Shown here one piece after another: positions 8,172-17,610 of a stretch of 64,000 nucleotides of DNA. The stretch lies in NCBI GenBank assembly GCA_964624175.1, contig CAZUWE010000005.1:5731-69730 (forward strand), given 5' to 3'. The notes beneath the pieces were generated by a model. It did no database searches. It was not told the origin of the DNA and worked only from the letters and a program-made list of their open reading frames with translations. Position 1 is the first letter of the stretch, and the number at the start of each line of letters is the position of its first letter. The DNA is from an uncultured Candidatus Peribacteria bacterium. Lineage in GTDB: Bacteria; Patescibacteriota; Gracilibacteria; UBA1369; 2-02-FULL-48-14. Both the position numbers and the translations under genes were made by a program.

Positions 8172-9086
8172 ATGAAGCACCTTCTACACTCTAAAGACCT
8201 TTCGCGTGACGATCTGCTTAAGTTGCTGGATCGGGCGGAGGAATTTTTGCCGGCCGTAGAAAATCGTCAACGACTAAAATTGGCCGAAGGAAAAATCCTA
8301 GCAACTTTGTTTTATGAGCCCTCTACTCGTACCCGCTTTTCTTTTGAAACAGCGATGCTCAGGCTAGGTGGACTCGTGATTTCGAACGCGGATATGACGG
8401 GAACCTCTTCCGCAAAAAAAGGGGAAACTTTGTACGACACTGGAAAGATGGCATCAACTTTTGCAGATATCATTGCCATGCGACATCCTCAAGTGGGGAG
8501 TGTGGCTGAGCTCGCGACCGGAAGCATGGTGCCTGTGGTGAATGGGGGGGATGGGGCGGGGGATCACCCCACACAAGGGCTCCTCGATATTTTTACCATT
8601 CGAAAATGTTTGGGACGACTGGATCATTTCACCATCGCGATGGTGGGGGATTTAAAGAATAGTCGTGTGGTGCACTCACAGTGTGAGTATTTGATGCACT
8701 TTGAAGGGGTGAAATTTCTATTGGTTTCACCTGCGGCGCTTAAAATGCCTGCTGAGTTGGTAGCTCGATTGAAAGAAAAGTTTGAAGTGACTGAGATGGA
8801 GGATTTAGACGGCGCGATTACTGAATGTGATGTACTTTCAGATACTCGTATTCAGCAAGAACGTTTTGAATCCGAAGCGGAATTCCTTAAATACAATGGA
8901 GTGTATGTGCTCACGCCTGCCCTCATGGGTAAGGCAAAAAAAGATATGATGGTAATCGACCCTTTGCCACGGATCAATCATATTGATCCTGCTGTGGACA
9001 ATGACGTTCGCGCTAAATATTTTGAGCAGGTAAAAAACGGAGTTGCGGTGCGTATGGCGATTTTGGCCACCTTACTCGGATTATGA
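8172..9086 (+). CDS. pyrB: Aspartate carbamoyltransferase catalytic subunit
   Basis: Motifs FYEPSTRTRFSFE, MRHPQ, GDHPTQGLLD and the PLPR region are present. 304 aa. Confidence 0.93.
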   Translation: MKHLLHSKDLSRDDLLKLLDRAEEFLPAVENRQRLKLAEGKILATLFYEPSTRTRFSFETAMLRLGGLVISNADMTGTSSAKKGETLYDTGKMASTFADIIAMRHPQVGSVAELATGSMVPVVNGGDGAGDHPTQGLLDIFTIRKCLGRLDHFTIAMVGDLKNSRVVHSQCEYLMHFEGVKFLLVSPAALKMPAELVARLKEKFEVTEMEDLDGAITECDVLSDTRIQQERFESEAEFLKYNGVYVLTPALMGKAKKDMMVIDPLPRINHIDPAVDNDVRAKYFEQVKNGVAVRMAILATLLGL

Positions 9087-10204
9087 TTCTTATAAAGAAT
9101 GTCACCGTTGTTAGCTCGCAAGGACGCGAGACGCGCGACGTTTCTTTTGAGGGCGGCGATGAAGTGATCGATGGGACTGGGAAGTTTTTGCTACCGGGCG
9201 CGATCGATGCACACGTCCATTTTCGTGACCCTGGCGCGCCCGATAAAGAAGACTTTGAAAGTGGTACGCGTGCGGCGCTGGCGGGGGGAGTGACCATGGT
9301 GCTGGACATGCCAAACACAAATCCGGCCACCATCACGGTGGAGGCACTAGAAGCAAAGCACGCCATTGCTCGTGCCAAAAGCCAAACGCACTATGGGCTC
9401 TTTTTTGGAGCCACTCGCGATAACTTGGAGGAGTTTCGTCGCGCCGAAAACATCGTGGGAGTGAAAATTTATATGGGGTCTTCGACTGGAAACTTGCTGC
9501 TCGATGACCCGCTCATGTGGGAGGAATTTTTCCGAGTTGCGAAAGAAAAAAACTTGCCCGTGGTGGTGCATGCTGAAACGGAGGCGATGATTCGAGAGGG
9601 GAAGCGGGACTGCGAATGTGCTCGCATGGCCACCGAGGCGGCGATTGCTTTGCGAGAAAAAGTGGGGAATCGACTCCATATTGCGCATGTGTCTTGTAAG
9701 GAAGAGCTAGCGTTGATTCGGGCACACAAAGTGCCGGAGCTCACGTGCGAGGTGACGCCGCATCACCTTATATTTACAGAAGAAGACCGCAAGGGCGCTT
9801 TTTTGAAGATGAATCCACCCCTGCGGAGTTCAGCAGACCGAGAAGCACTGTGGGAGGGGCTGCGCGACGGAACGATCGACTGTGTTGCTACCGATCATGC
9901 CCCTCACACTATTGAAGAAAAACAGAAACCCATGGAGGAGGCACCTGCCGGAGTGCCGGGTGTGGAGTTCATGCTGCCCCTCATGCTCACCGCAGTGAAT
10001 GAAGGTAAGATCAGCTTAGAAAGACTGGTGCAGGTGACTAGTGAAAATCCTGCTCGTGTCTTTGGCCTCCATCAAACAGGTCATGTGCTCGTGGACTTGA
10101 ACCTAGAAAAGACGCTCTCCCAGGAAGATATTCGGTCTAAGTGCGGATGGTCACCCTACTTAGGACATAAAATCAAGGGATTTCCTCTTAAAACTTGGCT
10201 ATAG
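9083..10204 (+). CDS. pyrC: Dihydroorotase
   Basis: Metal-binding DAHVHFRDPG and VATDHAPH motifs are present. The ATG overlaps the pyrB stop (ATGA). Confidence 0.9.
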   Translation: MILIKNVTVVSSQGRETRDVSFEGGDEVIDGTGKFLLPGAIDAHVHFRDPGAPDKEDFESGTRAALAGGVTMVLDMPNTNPATITVEALEAKHAIARAKSQTHYGLFFGATRDNLEEFRRAENIVGVKIYMGSSTGNLLLDDPLMWEEFFRVAKEKNLPVVVHAETEAMIREGKRDCECARMATEAAIALREKVGNRLHIAHVSCKEELALIRAHKVPELTCEVTPHHLIFTEEDRKGAFLKMNPPLRSSADREALWEGLRDGTIDCVATDHAPHTIEEKQKPMEEAPAGVPGVEFMLPLMLTAVNEGKISLERLVQVTSENPARVFGLHQTGHVLVDLNLEKTLSQEDIRSKCGWSPYLGHKIKGFPLKTWL

Positions 10205-10255
10205 CATAATCAATTTTCCGCTTCATCAAGCGCTTTTTAAAAGTACCCCAAAATA

Positions 10256-10283
10256 TTGACTTATTGCTTTCCATAAGTAGAAT
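10256..10283 (+). promoter_or_regulatory. Candidate promoter for the 10329 surface-protein gene
   Basis: TTGACT (10256..10261), 16-nt spacer, TAGAAT (10278..10283). Confidence 0.4.
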
Positions 10284-10328
10284 AGGCCCTTATCTATTTA
10301 TAGGTTCAACCCCCTTACCCCCTAACAT

Positions 10329-12635
10329 ATGAACCCTCTTAACTTTATTAAACGCAGCATGCGTGTGCTTGCTTTGAGCGCTGTTTTGCTCAATGCGGTG
10401 GCTATGCCTGTAGGTGCTGACGAGTTCGACACCGATCTCGACGGGATGCCTGATTTATGGGAAACTACCTACGGTCTTACTGTGGGAGTGGATGATTCTG
10501 CAGATGATCTTGATGGTGATGGTCTCATTAACGTGGATGAATACAGCTACGGTACCGACCCTAGCAATACCGATACCGATGGAGATACCCGCACCGATGG
10601 GGATGAGGTGTTTTATGGTACCGATCCTGCTGTGTATGAGGCTGCTGACCTCGACATTACCGATATCAGTCTTGACCCTGTAACTGGAGAAATCAGCTAC
10701 ACCGCAGTCAATGCAGGAAATTTGGATGTAGATTACACCATTGATATGGGCTACACCGCTGTATATGTGAATTACGGTGAATCGGATCAAACTGATAACT
10801 TTTATGACTGGAACACCGAAACGGGAAGTTCATGGGTGGGTACTTTCTTCACTGCCGGTGGGAGTGAAACCATCAATACTGGGCTCACACTAGCGTCTGG
10901 TGAACACAGCGTTATGGTATGTATTGATCGTGCTGCCATGCATGGTGAAATGGCTTCAGGAATGGACAACTGTGAAGTTGAAACTTTCTCAGTTGGATCT
11001 GACTTGGTGGTGACCGACATTACTTTTGTTGAAACTGAAACGACTGGCGTATTCCAGGTTTTGGTGGATATTGCAAATACTGCCGACATGGATGTGGATT
11101 CTTCTGCAGATGGGCATACCGAGTCCAGCTTGAATGGAGTTGCTATGCAAAACTATGCTTGGACTTTTCTCGACCCTGTATTCCTGGATTTTCTCTCGGC
11201 AAATGAAGGAACTTTTGACTTCGAATCCTTCGGAGCTTTGGTGACTTTGGAAGATGGTGATGAAGTTCAAGTGTGTGTAGACTCTACCGATGTTGTTGCC
11301 GAACTGAATGAAGAAAACAACTGTTTGACTGCTGTTTACGACAACGGACTCGATCCAGACCTCATTGTAGAGTCGGTGAGCTTTGACGACGAAGATGGAA
11401 GCGTGGACTTCGTGGTAAAGAACCAAGGAACCGGAAATGTGTCTAGCGATGCAGAACCTTACCTGAACTTCTACTTTGATTTCTTTAACTCAGATCTTTC
11501 TACTTCTTCTACTATCAACTACGCGATCAACGATTTTGGAACGGAATACCAAACCGCAGGTGGCTCTACTGCCATTACCACAGGTCCTGGATCAGAATTC
11601 CCTTCTTGTACCCTTTACGTGCTTGCAGTAGCCGACGGAACGGGTGAAGTGGAAGAGTCTGACGACCTCAACAACGAGTACCGAACTAGCTTCGATCTTT
11701 GTCCTGTATTCAGCGTTGAAGCTGGAGATGACATGGGTGTGGGGCTTGGATACATGTACAACCTTGCTGCATACACTCTCAATGCAGATACGCTTACTGA
11801 GGTAACTGTGGACTGGGGAGATGGGTCAGCCGTTGAAGAACCTACTCAATATCCTGATGGGGATCGAATTGACCTCATTGCGTACCACCTTTACGACCAC
11901 CACGAAACTTTCACGGTGACCGTATGTGCGAATAATGGAGAAGAAGAACTGTGTGATACCACTCATGTTTCTGTTACTGGAGAAAGCAGTGGTGGAGGAG
12001 ACACTATGCCTAGTGGAAGCGACAGCAGCTCTAGCGGATCAAGTGGATCTTCAGGTTCTTCTGACGATGAGGATGAAGATGTTGAACTCAGCGGAGAAGA
12101 CGATGAGGACAATATCGTTGCAGATTGCAGTGCCATGGCCTTTGACGACGTTGAAATGGGTGACGACTTCTACGATGCGATTTGTGAACTGTGGGCAGCG
12201 GACATCATTCACGGTAAGACTGAAAACGTTTTCGATTCTGAAGATGTGATCCGCCGTGATGAAGCTGCTAAGATCTTCACTCGCTGGTACGGGTACGTAA
12301 CCGAAGCGTATGGAGAAACTCCTGTCGTTGAAGAAAGCTCGTTCGTGGATGTGTCTGCAGAAGATGCACTCGCTTACTACGTTGAAATGGCTGCAGAAGA
12401 AAACATCATCGCATTCGATTCAGATACTTTTGAAAATGAAGATGGTGAACTCGTTGATGAGGCTTACTTCATGCCTCACGATGCACTCACTGCAGGTGAA
12501 ATCGTAGAAGCGCTCGATCAAATTCTTGGTGAGGACAATGAAGCTGGAGAAGAACTTGCTGAGGCAGGTTACGAGGCAGCCGACACCATGACTCGTGGAA
12601 GCTTCGTTGACTTCCTGTTTAATCTCGCTCGATAA
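10329..12635 (+). CDS. Large acidic secreted surface protein with Ca-binding TSP3-like D-rich repeats, repeated beta-domains, a Ser/Gly/Asp linker and C-terminal SLH-like domains
   Basis: Signal peptide MRVLALSAVLLNAVAMPVGA. D-rich repeats read DTDLDGMPDLWE and DLDGDGLINVDEYSYGTDPSNTDTDGDTRTDGDE. The units DL.VTDI / DLIVESV ...EENNC / DLNNE recur. SLH-like C-terminus: FDDVEMGDDFYDAICELWAADIIHGKTENVFDSEDVIRRDEAAKIF. Confidence 0.75.
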   Translation: MNPLNFIKRSMRVLALSAVLLNAVAMPVGADEFDTDLDGMPDLWETTYGLTVGVDDSADDLDGDGLINVDEYSYGTDPSNTDTDGDTRTDGDEVFYGTDPAVYEAADLDITDISLDPVTGEISYTAVNAGNLDVDYTIDMGYTAVYVNYGESDQTDNFYDWNTETGSSWVGTFFTAGGSETINTGLTLASGEHSVMVCIDRAAMHGEMASGMDNCEVETFSVGSDLVVTDITFVETETTGVFQVLVDIANTADMDVDSSADGHTESSLNGVAMQNYAWTFLDPVFLDFLSANEGTFDFESFGALVTLEDGDEVQVCVDSTDVVAELNEENNCLTAVYDNGLDPDLIVESVSFDDEDGSVDFVVKNQGTGNVSSDAEPYLNFYFDFFNSDLSTSSTINYAINDFGTEYQTAGGSTAITTGPGSEFPSCTLYVLAVADGTGEVEESDDLNNEYRTSFDLCPVFSVEAGDDMGVGLGYMYNLAAYTLNADTLTEVTVDWGDGSAVEEPTQYPDGDRIDLIAYHLYDHHETFTVTVCANNGEEELCDTTHVSVTGESSGGGDTMPSGSDSSSSGSSGSSGSSDDEDEDVELSGEDDEDNIVADCSAMAFDDVEMGDDFYDAICELWAADIIHGKTENVFDSEDVIRRDEAAKIFTRWYGYVTEAYGETPVVEESSFVDVSAEDALAYYVEMAAEENIIAFDSDTFENEDGELVDEAYFMPHDALTAGEIVEALDQILGEDNEAGEELAEAGYEAADTMTRGSFVDFLFNLAR

Positions 12636-12655
12636 ATCTTTGTAATAAAACAAAT

Positions 12656-12692
12656 AAAAAGCCCTTATATAGACGTAAGGGCTTTTTATTTT
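12656..12692 (+). terminator. Rho-independent terminator
   Basis: AAAAAGCCCTTA-TATAGACG-TAAGGGCTTTTTATTTT: a perfect 7-bp GC-rich stem plus a T-run, 20 nt after the stop of the 10329 gene. Confidence 0.75.
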
Positions 12693-12702
12693 GTATTTAT
12701 TT

Positions 12703-13695
12703 ATGAAGTTCTTCAGTTTATTTCTTGTCGTTTCTTTGGTTTTTGGAGCAGCCCAGCTGCCCAGCGAACCTGTGCAGACGCGTGCGGTTCCTCGCGAAGA
12801 GGAAGATAAGCCGGTGGCCTCCACTTTTGATGATTACAAGGCTTACTTCCATGACTTAGTGGCTGAAAAAGGGGCAGAATTGACTCTAGTGGACCTGGAA
12901 GCAGAGATGAACCAGAGCGAGATTGTTTTTGAATACTGCCACGCCCTGGCGCATGAAGTGGGACACGCCGCCTACGAGCACTACGGCTTTGAAGATGCCC
13001 TGATTTTTGAAGAAGATCTGTGTGGGGCAGGTTACCTGCACGGAGTGGTGGAGGACTACCTCGCTGACCAAACCGACATGCTCGCAGCGATGCGAACGGT
13101 CTGCGACCTAGACGATGGAGTGTGCCTCCATGGAGTAGGGCACGGACTTATGATTTACACGAATAATGCCATCCCAGCTGCCCTTGCGTACTGCGAAGAA
13201 TTTGAAGAGTACTCTGCGCAAATCCACTGCTCAGAAGGCGTCTTTATGGAGAACTTTGGACTCGACTGGAATTTGCACGCACACCCTTACTTGAAGCTCG
13301 ATGACCCTATGTATCCTTGTAGTGGGCAGGATGAAAAATATAAAAACACCTGTTACTTCTATGCGCCCCGTTTCTTCAACCGACTCAACGAAGGAGCGTA
13401 TGAGCTGGCCATTGATTGGTGTTACTCGGCTGAGTCTGCATACGTGCAGGACTGCATGCGTGGCGTGGGGAGCACCATGATGAAGTACTCTATGGATGAA
13501 ATTGAACGGATTGAAGAGGTGTGTGATGGAGCGGATGGCTACACAGATTTTTGCATCCGTGGAATGACCAGTTACTACATTGTGAACTATGCCTCTGCTG
13601 AAAAAGGCCACGATTTATGTGTCTTGCTTGAAGAGAAAAACCAAGAGGCATGTGAGGCAGAAGTGACCGCAAAAAGCCCGTTTTACCAAGATTAA
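12703..13695 (+). CDS. Secreted cysteine-rich repeat protein (about seven ~34-aa units)
   Basis: I take the ATG at 12703 (MKFFSLFLVVSLVFGAAQ signal peptide); the track start at 12691 is TTG. Recurrent units include C-HALAHEVGHAAY, CLHGVGHGLMIY, HCSEGVFMENF, TCYFYAPRFF, DCMRGVGSTMMKY and FCIRGMTSYY, each followed about 20 aa later by another Cys. Confidence 0.65.
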   Translation: MKFFSLFLVVSLVFGAAQLPSEPVQTRAVPREEEDKPVASTFDDYKAYFHDLVAEKGAELTLVDLEAEMNQSEIVFEYCHALAHEVGHAAYEHYGFEDALIFEEDLCGAGYLHGVVEDYLADQTDMLAAMRTVCDLDDGVCLHGVGHGLMIYTNNAIPAALAYCEEFEEYSAQIHCSEGVFMENFGLDWNLHAHPYLKLDDPMYPCSGQDEKYKNTCYFYAPRFFNRLNEGAYELAIDWCYSAESAYVQDCMRGVGSTMMKYSMDEIERIEEVCDGADGYTDFCIRGMTSYYIVNYASAEKGHDLCVLLEEKNQEACEAEVTAKSPFYQD

Positions 13696-14810
13696 TACAA
13701 GTATTTGAGCGCGAGTATCACCGCATGCATTTGGTGCTGGGTGGTGTCTATTCGCAAGGTGGTTCCGCTGGTTTCATTGCGGATGCCGCCGATGGCCAGA
13801 GGGTCTGCAGTGTCGGTGGAAATAACCTGCCAAAGCGTGAGTTTATTTAGTCCTTCGTCCACCACAGCGGCCAGCTTGTCTTGAGCCTTTTTGTTTTCAG
13901 TGAGGCGCGCCAGCTCATAGGCGACTATCAAACCTTCATAGGCATAGCCCGTGTTTTTACTGCGGCCGAGCACGTCATGAGTGTCGACCATCCAGTAGGC
14001 CATGTCTATTGTCCAGTTGGCATAGTCTTTTTTGCTCCACTCAGACGTGTAGAGCTCATAAAAAGCCATGGAACCCCATTGGTAAAATCCCTTGGTCTCT
14101 GCGCTGTCAGGATCGTCTTCCAGTGCTTCCTCAACATAGTCTTCATACATGTTTTCTGCCGACTCTTCTAAGTCTTCGGCGAGCTCACTATGGCCTTGAT
14201 ACTTGGCTGCGCTCACCGTGGCAAGGAGGGCCTCTCCATCGAAGTAAGGTGAGGGGGCTTTGGTGCCTTCTCCAGTCTCGAAATCGTAACTGCTTGAGAA
14301 CTGACCGTTTTCCTTGCGGAGGGAAAGTAGGAAACTTAAATACTCCTCTAGATCGGATTCGTAGCTAGGGTTGGATCCCTCGGTTCTTAGGTAATCCACA
14401 AGAGTCAGAACCACCAATGCCATGGTTCCTGTGGAGCCTTCACTGTCACCAGGGTAGACAATGTAACGACCGTTTTCTCCAAGCACTGAATTGGTTTTGA
14501 AGTAATTGAGGCCTTTTTCAATGGCTTCCGCCACCTCGTCGGTTGGGTTATTTTGATAGATGGTGGCTAAGCCCCACAGTGCACCAGCCTGACGAACTTG
14601 ATTGTCGTCTTCAGTCAAAGTTCCTGTGGAGAAGTCATATTCGTAGTCAAAATTGCCAGCTTCTTTTTGGTGGTTTAGTAAAAATTGAGTGCCTGCATTG
14701 AGGGAATCTTCTAGTTCTTGTGCGGTGAGCACAGGTGTATATGCTTCTTCATGAACCGTAGGCCCACAAGACGTTAGCAAAAGGCAGAGGAGGAAAATTT
14801 TTTTAAACAT
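13692..14810 (-). CDS. Lipoprotein, possibly with an alpha/alpha-toroid (prenyltransferase/terpene-cyclase-like repeat) fold
   Basis: Likely start MFKKIFLLCLLLTSCGP (lipobox LTSC) at 14810. Repeats of the type QKEAGNF.YEYDF, RKENGQFSSSYDF, QAGALWGLA and a C-terminal RIDTTQHQMHAV are present. The fold assignment is weak. Confidence 0.45.
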   Translation of the reverse strand: MFKKIFLLCLLLTSCGPTVHEEAYTPVLTAQELEDSLNAGTQFLLNHQKEAGNFDYEYDFSTGTLTEDDNQVRQAGALWGLATIYQNNPTDEVAEAIEKGLNYFKTNSVLGENGRYIVYPGDSEGSTGTMALVVLTLVDYLRTEGSNPSYESDLEEYLSFLLSLRKENGQFSSSYDFETGEGTKAPSPYFDGEALLATVSAAKYQGHSELAEDLEESAENMYEDYVEEALEDDPDSAETKGFYQWGSMAFYELYTSEWSKKDYANWTIDMAYWMVDTHDVLGRSKNTGYAYEGLIVAYELARLTENKKAQDKLAAVVDEGLNKLTLWQVISTDTADPLAIGGIRNETSGTTLRIDTTQHQMHAVILALKYLY

Positions 14811-14892
14811 GAGGGGTGGAAATGGGGTCATTATAAAGACAGCTCTTGTGTTTTTAAAGGGGGCATGGTTTTATGCAGAAGAACCTTAAAAC

Positions 14893-15834
14893 ATGGCTGA
14901 CCTCTCAGTAGAATTCTGCGGCGTGAAGTTCAAGAACCCAATCGTTCTGGCTTCCGGCGTTTTGGGGGTGACCGCCGATAGCATGGCCCAGGTCGTGCGC
15001 AATGGCGCCGGAGGCGTGACCAGCAAGTCACTGTGGCCTTACGAGCATCAAGGTCATCCCAATCCAACCATCATCACGAGTGAGCACTGGATGCTCAATG
15101 CGGTGGGAATTCCTGATGCAGGACCTGAAAAAGCCCGTGAAGAAATTGCCCGTTACCGCGAGGTGTGTGATGCACCTTTTATTGCGAACATTGTAGGTGG
15201 AGTGATGGACGACTACGCTTCGATTGCTGCGGAAGTTGCGCTCATGCAGCCAGATATTGTGGAACTAAACATTTCCTGTCCAAACGTGGAAGACGAACTC
15301 GGGAAGCCCATGGCGTGCTCGGTTAGCAAATCGAGCGAGGTGACCAAATTGGTGCGTGCAAAACTCAACGAAAACGGGGCGAGCAAGGTGCCGCTGATTG
15401 TGAAACTGTCACCCAATGTGGAGAACATCGTTAGCATTGCAAAGAGTGTCCTGGATGCGGGTGCCGACGGAATCACCGCCATCAACTCGGTAGGACCTGG
15501 AATGGCGATCAATATTGAATTCGCTCAGCCCATTTTGGCAAATAAAGTGGGGGGGCTCACGGGGCCAGCCATTAAGCCGCTTGCAGTGAAGTATGTGTAT
15601 GACATTTATAAGAATTGTAAAACGCCCATCATTGGGACCGGGGGAGTGAGCACAGGACGAGATGCGATTGAAATGATGATGGCGGGTGCGACGCTCGTGG
15701 GAGTGGGCAGCGCGGTGTGGCAGCGAGGCCAGGATGTGTTTGGGAAAATCGTAGAAGAAATGAATGAATGGTGCGATGCAAACGGAGTGAAAAAACTTTC
15801 AGACTTAATTGGAAAAGCCCATGCAAATAATTAA
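14893..15834 (+). CDS. pyrD: Dihydroorotate dehydrogenase, class 1B catalytic subunit
   Basis: FKNPIVLASG, NISCPN, GITAINS and GTGGV motifs are present. It is followed by pyrK. Confidence 0.92.
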   Translation: MADLSVEFCGVKFKNPIVLASGVLGVTADSMAQVVRNGAGGVTSKSLWPYEHQGHPNPTIITSEHWMLNAVGIPDAGPEKAREEIARYREVCDAPFIANIVGGVMDDYASIAAEVALMQPDIVELNISCPNVEDELGKPMACSVSKSSEVTKLVRAKLNENGASKVPLIVKLSPNVENIVSIAKSVLDAGADGITAINSVGPGMAINIEFAQPILANKVGGLTGPAIKPLAVKYVYDIYKNCKTPIIGTGGVSTGRDAIEMMMAGATLVGVGSAVWQRGQDVFGKIVEEMNEWCDANGVKKLSDLIGKAHANN

Positions 15835-16633
15835 TACATTGCCGGTGGCGATGACCGTGAAGGACATCATCACGGAAACCGAGCAGGTGAAAACCTTCGT
15901 GCTGGATGGCAGCGTGGGTGCAAAGCCTGGACAATTTGTGAACGTGTGGATTCCCCGTAAAGATGAAAAACCTTTTTCGGTGGCGATGGACAATGGCTTG
16001 GAACTGCACCTTTCAATCGCAGCCGTGGGACCTTTTTCGAACGCGATGCATGAACTGAAAGTGGGGGATAAAGTGGGAGTTCGTGGGCCCTTTGGAACGA
16101 GATTTAGCTGCAAAGAAGGAGAGCACTTGGCCTTCCTTGCCGGAGGGTATGGCGCCGCGCCGCTGTACTTTTTTGCACACGAGGCGGTTGCAAAAGGATG
16201 CACGGTTGAGTTCATTGTGGGAGCGCGGCGCGCGGACTTATTGCTCTTCACCGAGCGCATTTCTAAACTCAAAGGAGTGAACCTACATGTTGCCACGAAC
16301 GACGGAAGTGCGGGTTACGCCGGTTTCAACACAGATGTTTTGAAGAAAATTCTCGACGAAGAAAAGATCGATCGTGTGTACACTGTGGGTCCTGAAATCA
16401 TGATGATGAAAGGAATGCAAATGGCGGACGAAAAAGGCATTGAAGCGGAAATTTCCGTGGAGCGTTATATGAAGTGCGGATTTGGAGTCTGTGGAAATTG
16501 CTGCGTGGATGGGCTTGGAGTTCCTTCGTGCATGGAAGGGCCCGTGATGCCGCTTGAAAAAGTAAAACAGCTCCGCGACTTTGGAAAGTATCACCGTGAT
16601 AAGCTCGGTAAAAAACAATATTACAATTTCTAA
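15821..16633 (+). CDS. pyrK: Dihydroorotate dehydrogenase electron-transfer (FAD / 2Fe-2S) subunit
   Basis: I prefer the ATG at 15821 over the TTG at 15809. The C-terminal cluster motif is CGFGVCGNCCVDG, and LAGGYGAAPL is an NAD/FAD-binding-like motif. It overlaps the pyrD 3' end. Confidence 0.88.
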   Translation: MQIINTLPVAMTVKDIITETEQVKTFVLDGSVGAKPGQFVNVWIPRKDEKPFSVAMDNGLELHLSIAAVGPFSNAMHELKVGDKVGVRGPFGTRFSCKEGEHLAFLAGGYGAAPLYFFAHEAVAKGCTVEFIVGARRADLLLFTERISKLKGVNLHVATNDGSAGYAGFNTDVLKKILDEEKIDRVYTVGPEIMMMKGMQMADEKGIEAEISVERYMKCGFGVCGNCCVDGLGVPSCMEGPVMPLEKVKQLRDFGKYHRDKLGKKQYYNF

Positions 16634-16636
16634 ACA

Positions 16637-16882
16637 ATGACTCGCTCACTTTCTGAAATACGGGCTGTGGTTAGAGACAACACTACTTCCTTGAATAAAA
16701 AAGCTCCGAGAGTACGTCCCTTAGATGATCCTAAACGAGTAGGATCCGTTAAAGCATTTTTCGGTTACTTCCGTGAAAAAGTGAATTATGTTTATCGGGG
16801 CTTGAACGAAGAAGAAATTGGGATCCATAGAAAAGCCATCATGGGCAATGAGCAGGGCGTTGGCTTGATCCGATCAGAGTAG
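16637..16882 (+). CDS. Small basic hypothetical protein (81 aa)
   Basis: The ORF begins 3 nt after the pyrK stop and fills the pyrK-pyrE gap. I recognise no motif. Confidence 0.4.
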   Translation: MTRSLSEIRAVVRDNTTSLNKKAPRVRPLDDPKRVGSVKAFFGYFREKVNYVYRGLNEEEIGIHRKAIMGNEQGVGLIRSE

Positions 16883-16915
16883 TGGTTTCATCTAATACCT
16901 TAAGTAACTTTTAAC

Positions 16916-17560
16916 ATGGAAAACTATCCTCTCGGCATTGCTCAAGACCTGCTCGGAACGGGTGCGTTTAAAATCTCACTTGATCCACTTTTTACTTGGA
17001 CCAGCGGAATTAAATCCCCTGTGTACTGCGACCTTCGTGCGCTTATTTCAAACGTAGCCGCACGCCGACTGATTATTGAAGCGTTTGCAACCATGTATCC
17101 AAGCGTGAAGGATGCTGATGTGATTGCTGGAACGGCAACCGCCGGCATTCCTTGGGCTGCGTGGCTGGCGGAGGCGCTTGGAAAACCCATGATCTACATT
17201 CGTAGCAAACCCAAAGAACATGGAACTCAAAAACGCATTGAAGGAGACCTCAAGCCTGGGCAAAAAGTAGTGCTCGTGGAAGATCACATCTCAACGGGTG
17301 GCAGCAGCATTTCTGCGCTGGAAGCGATTCGTGAGGAAGGGCAGTGCCAAGCGGATACCATTGTGGCCATCAATACCTATGAACTTCAAAAAGCGAAAGA
17401 TCAATTTGCTGCAGCCAACGTGAACGTGTTCACTCTTACCAACTTCACAGTGATTTTGTCGGCTGCCAAGGATCAGGGGCTTATCGACGAAGCAAAGGAG
17501 GCCCTTTTGGCGGATTTCCGAACTGACCCAGCCGCTTGGGCAGGGAAGCATAATCTGTAA
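16916..17560 (+). CDS. pyrE: Orotate phosphoribosyltransferase
   Basis: PRPP-binding loop VVLVEDHISTGGS, and FTWTSGIKSPVYCD at the N-terminus. Confidence 0.9.
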   Translation: MENYPLGIAQDLLGTGAFKISLDPLFTWTSGIKSPVYCDLRALISNVAARRLIIEAFATMYPSVKDADVIAGTATAGIPWAAWLAEALGKPMIYIRSKPKEHGTQKRIEGDLKPGQKVVLVEDHISTGGSSISALEAIREEGQCQADTIVAINTYELQKAKDQFAAANVNVFTLTNFTVILSAAKDQGLIDEAKEALLADFRTDPAAWAGKHNL

Positions 17561-17561
17561 T

Positions 17562-17590
17562 TTGACTAAAATACAGATAGGTGTTATAGT
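17562..17590 (+). promoter_or_regulatory. Near-consensus promoter for the 17611 gene
   Basis: TTGACT (17562..17567), 17-nt spacer, TATAGT (17585..17590), 20 nt before the ATG. Confidence 0.5.
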
Positions 17591-17610
17591 TTGCGCTCTT
17601 AACTGTACTT

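Noticed and set aside
12952-12966. An HExxH motif (HEVGH) in the secreted Cys-rich repeat protein, suggesting a zinc metalloprotease.
   Set aside because: The motif falls inside the first copy of a repeated C-x3-G/H unit. The equivalent positions in later repeats read LHGVG, HGVGHG and so on. No downstream third ligand or Met-turn context is visible, so the motif is most likely coincidental.
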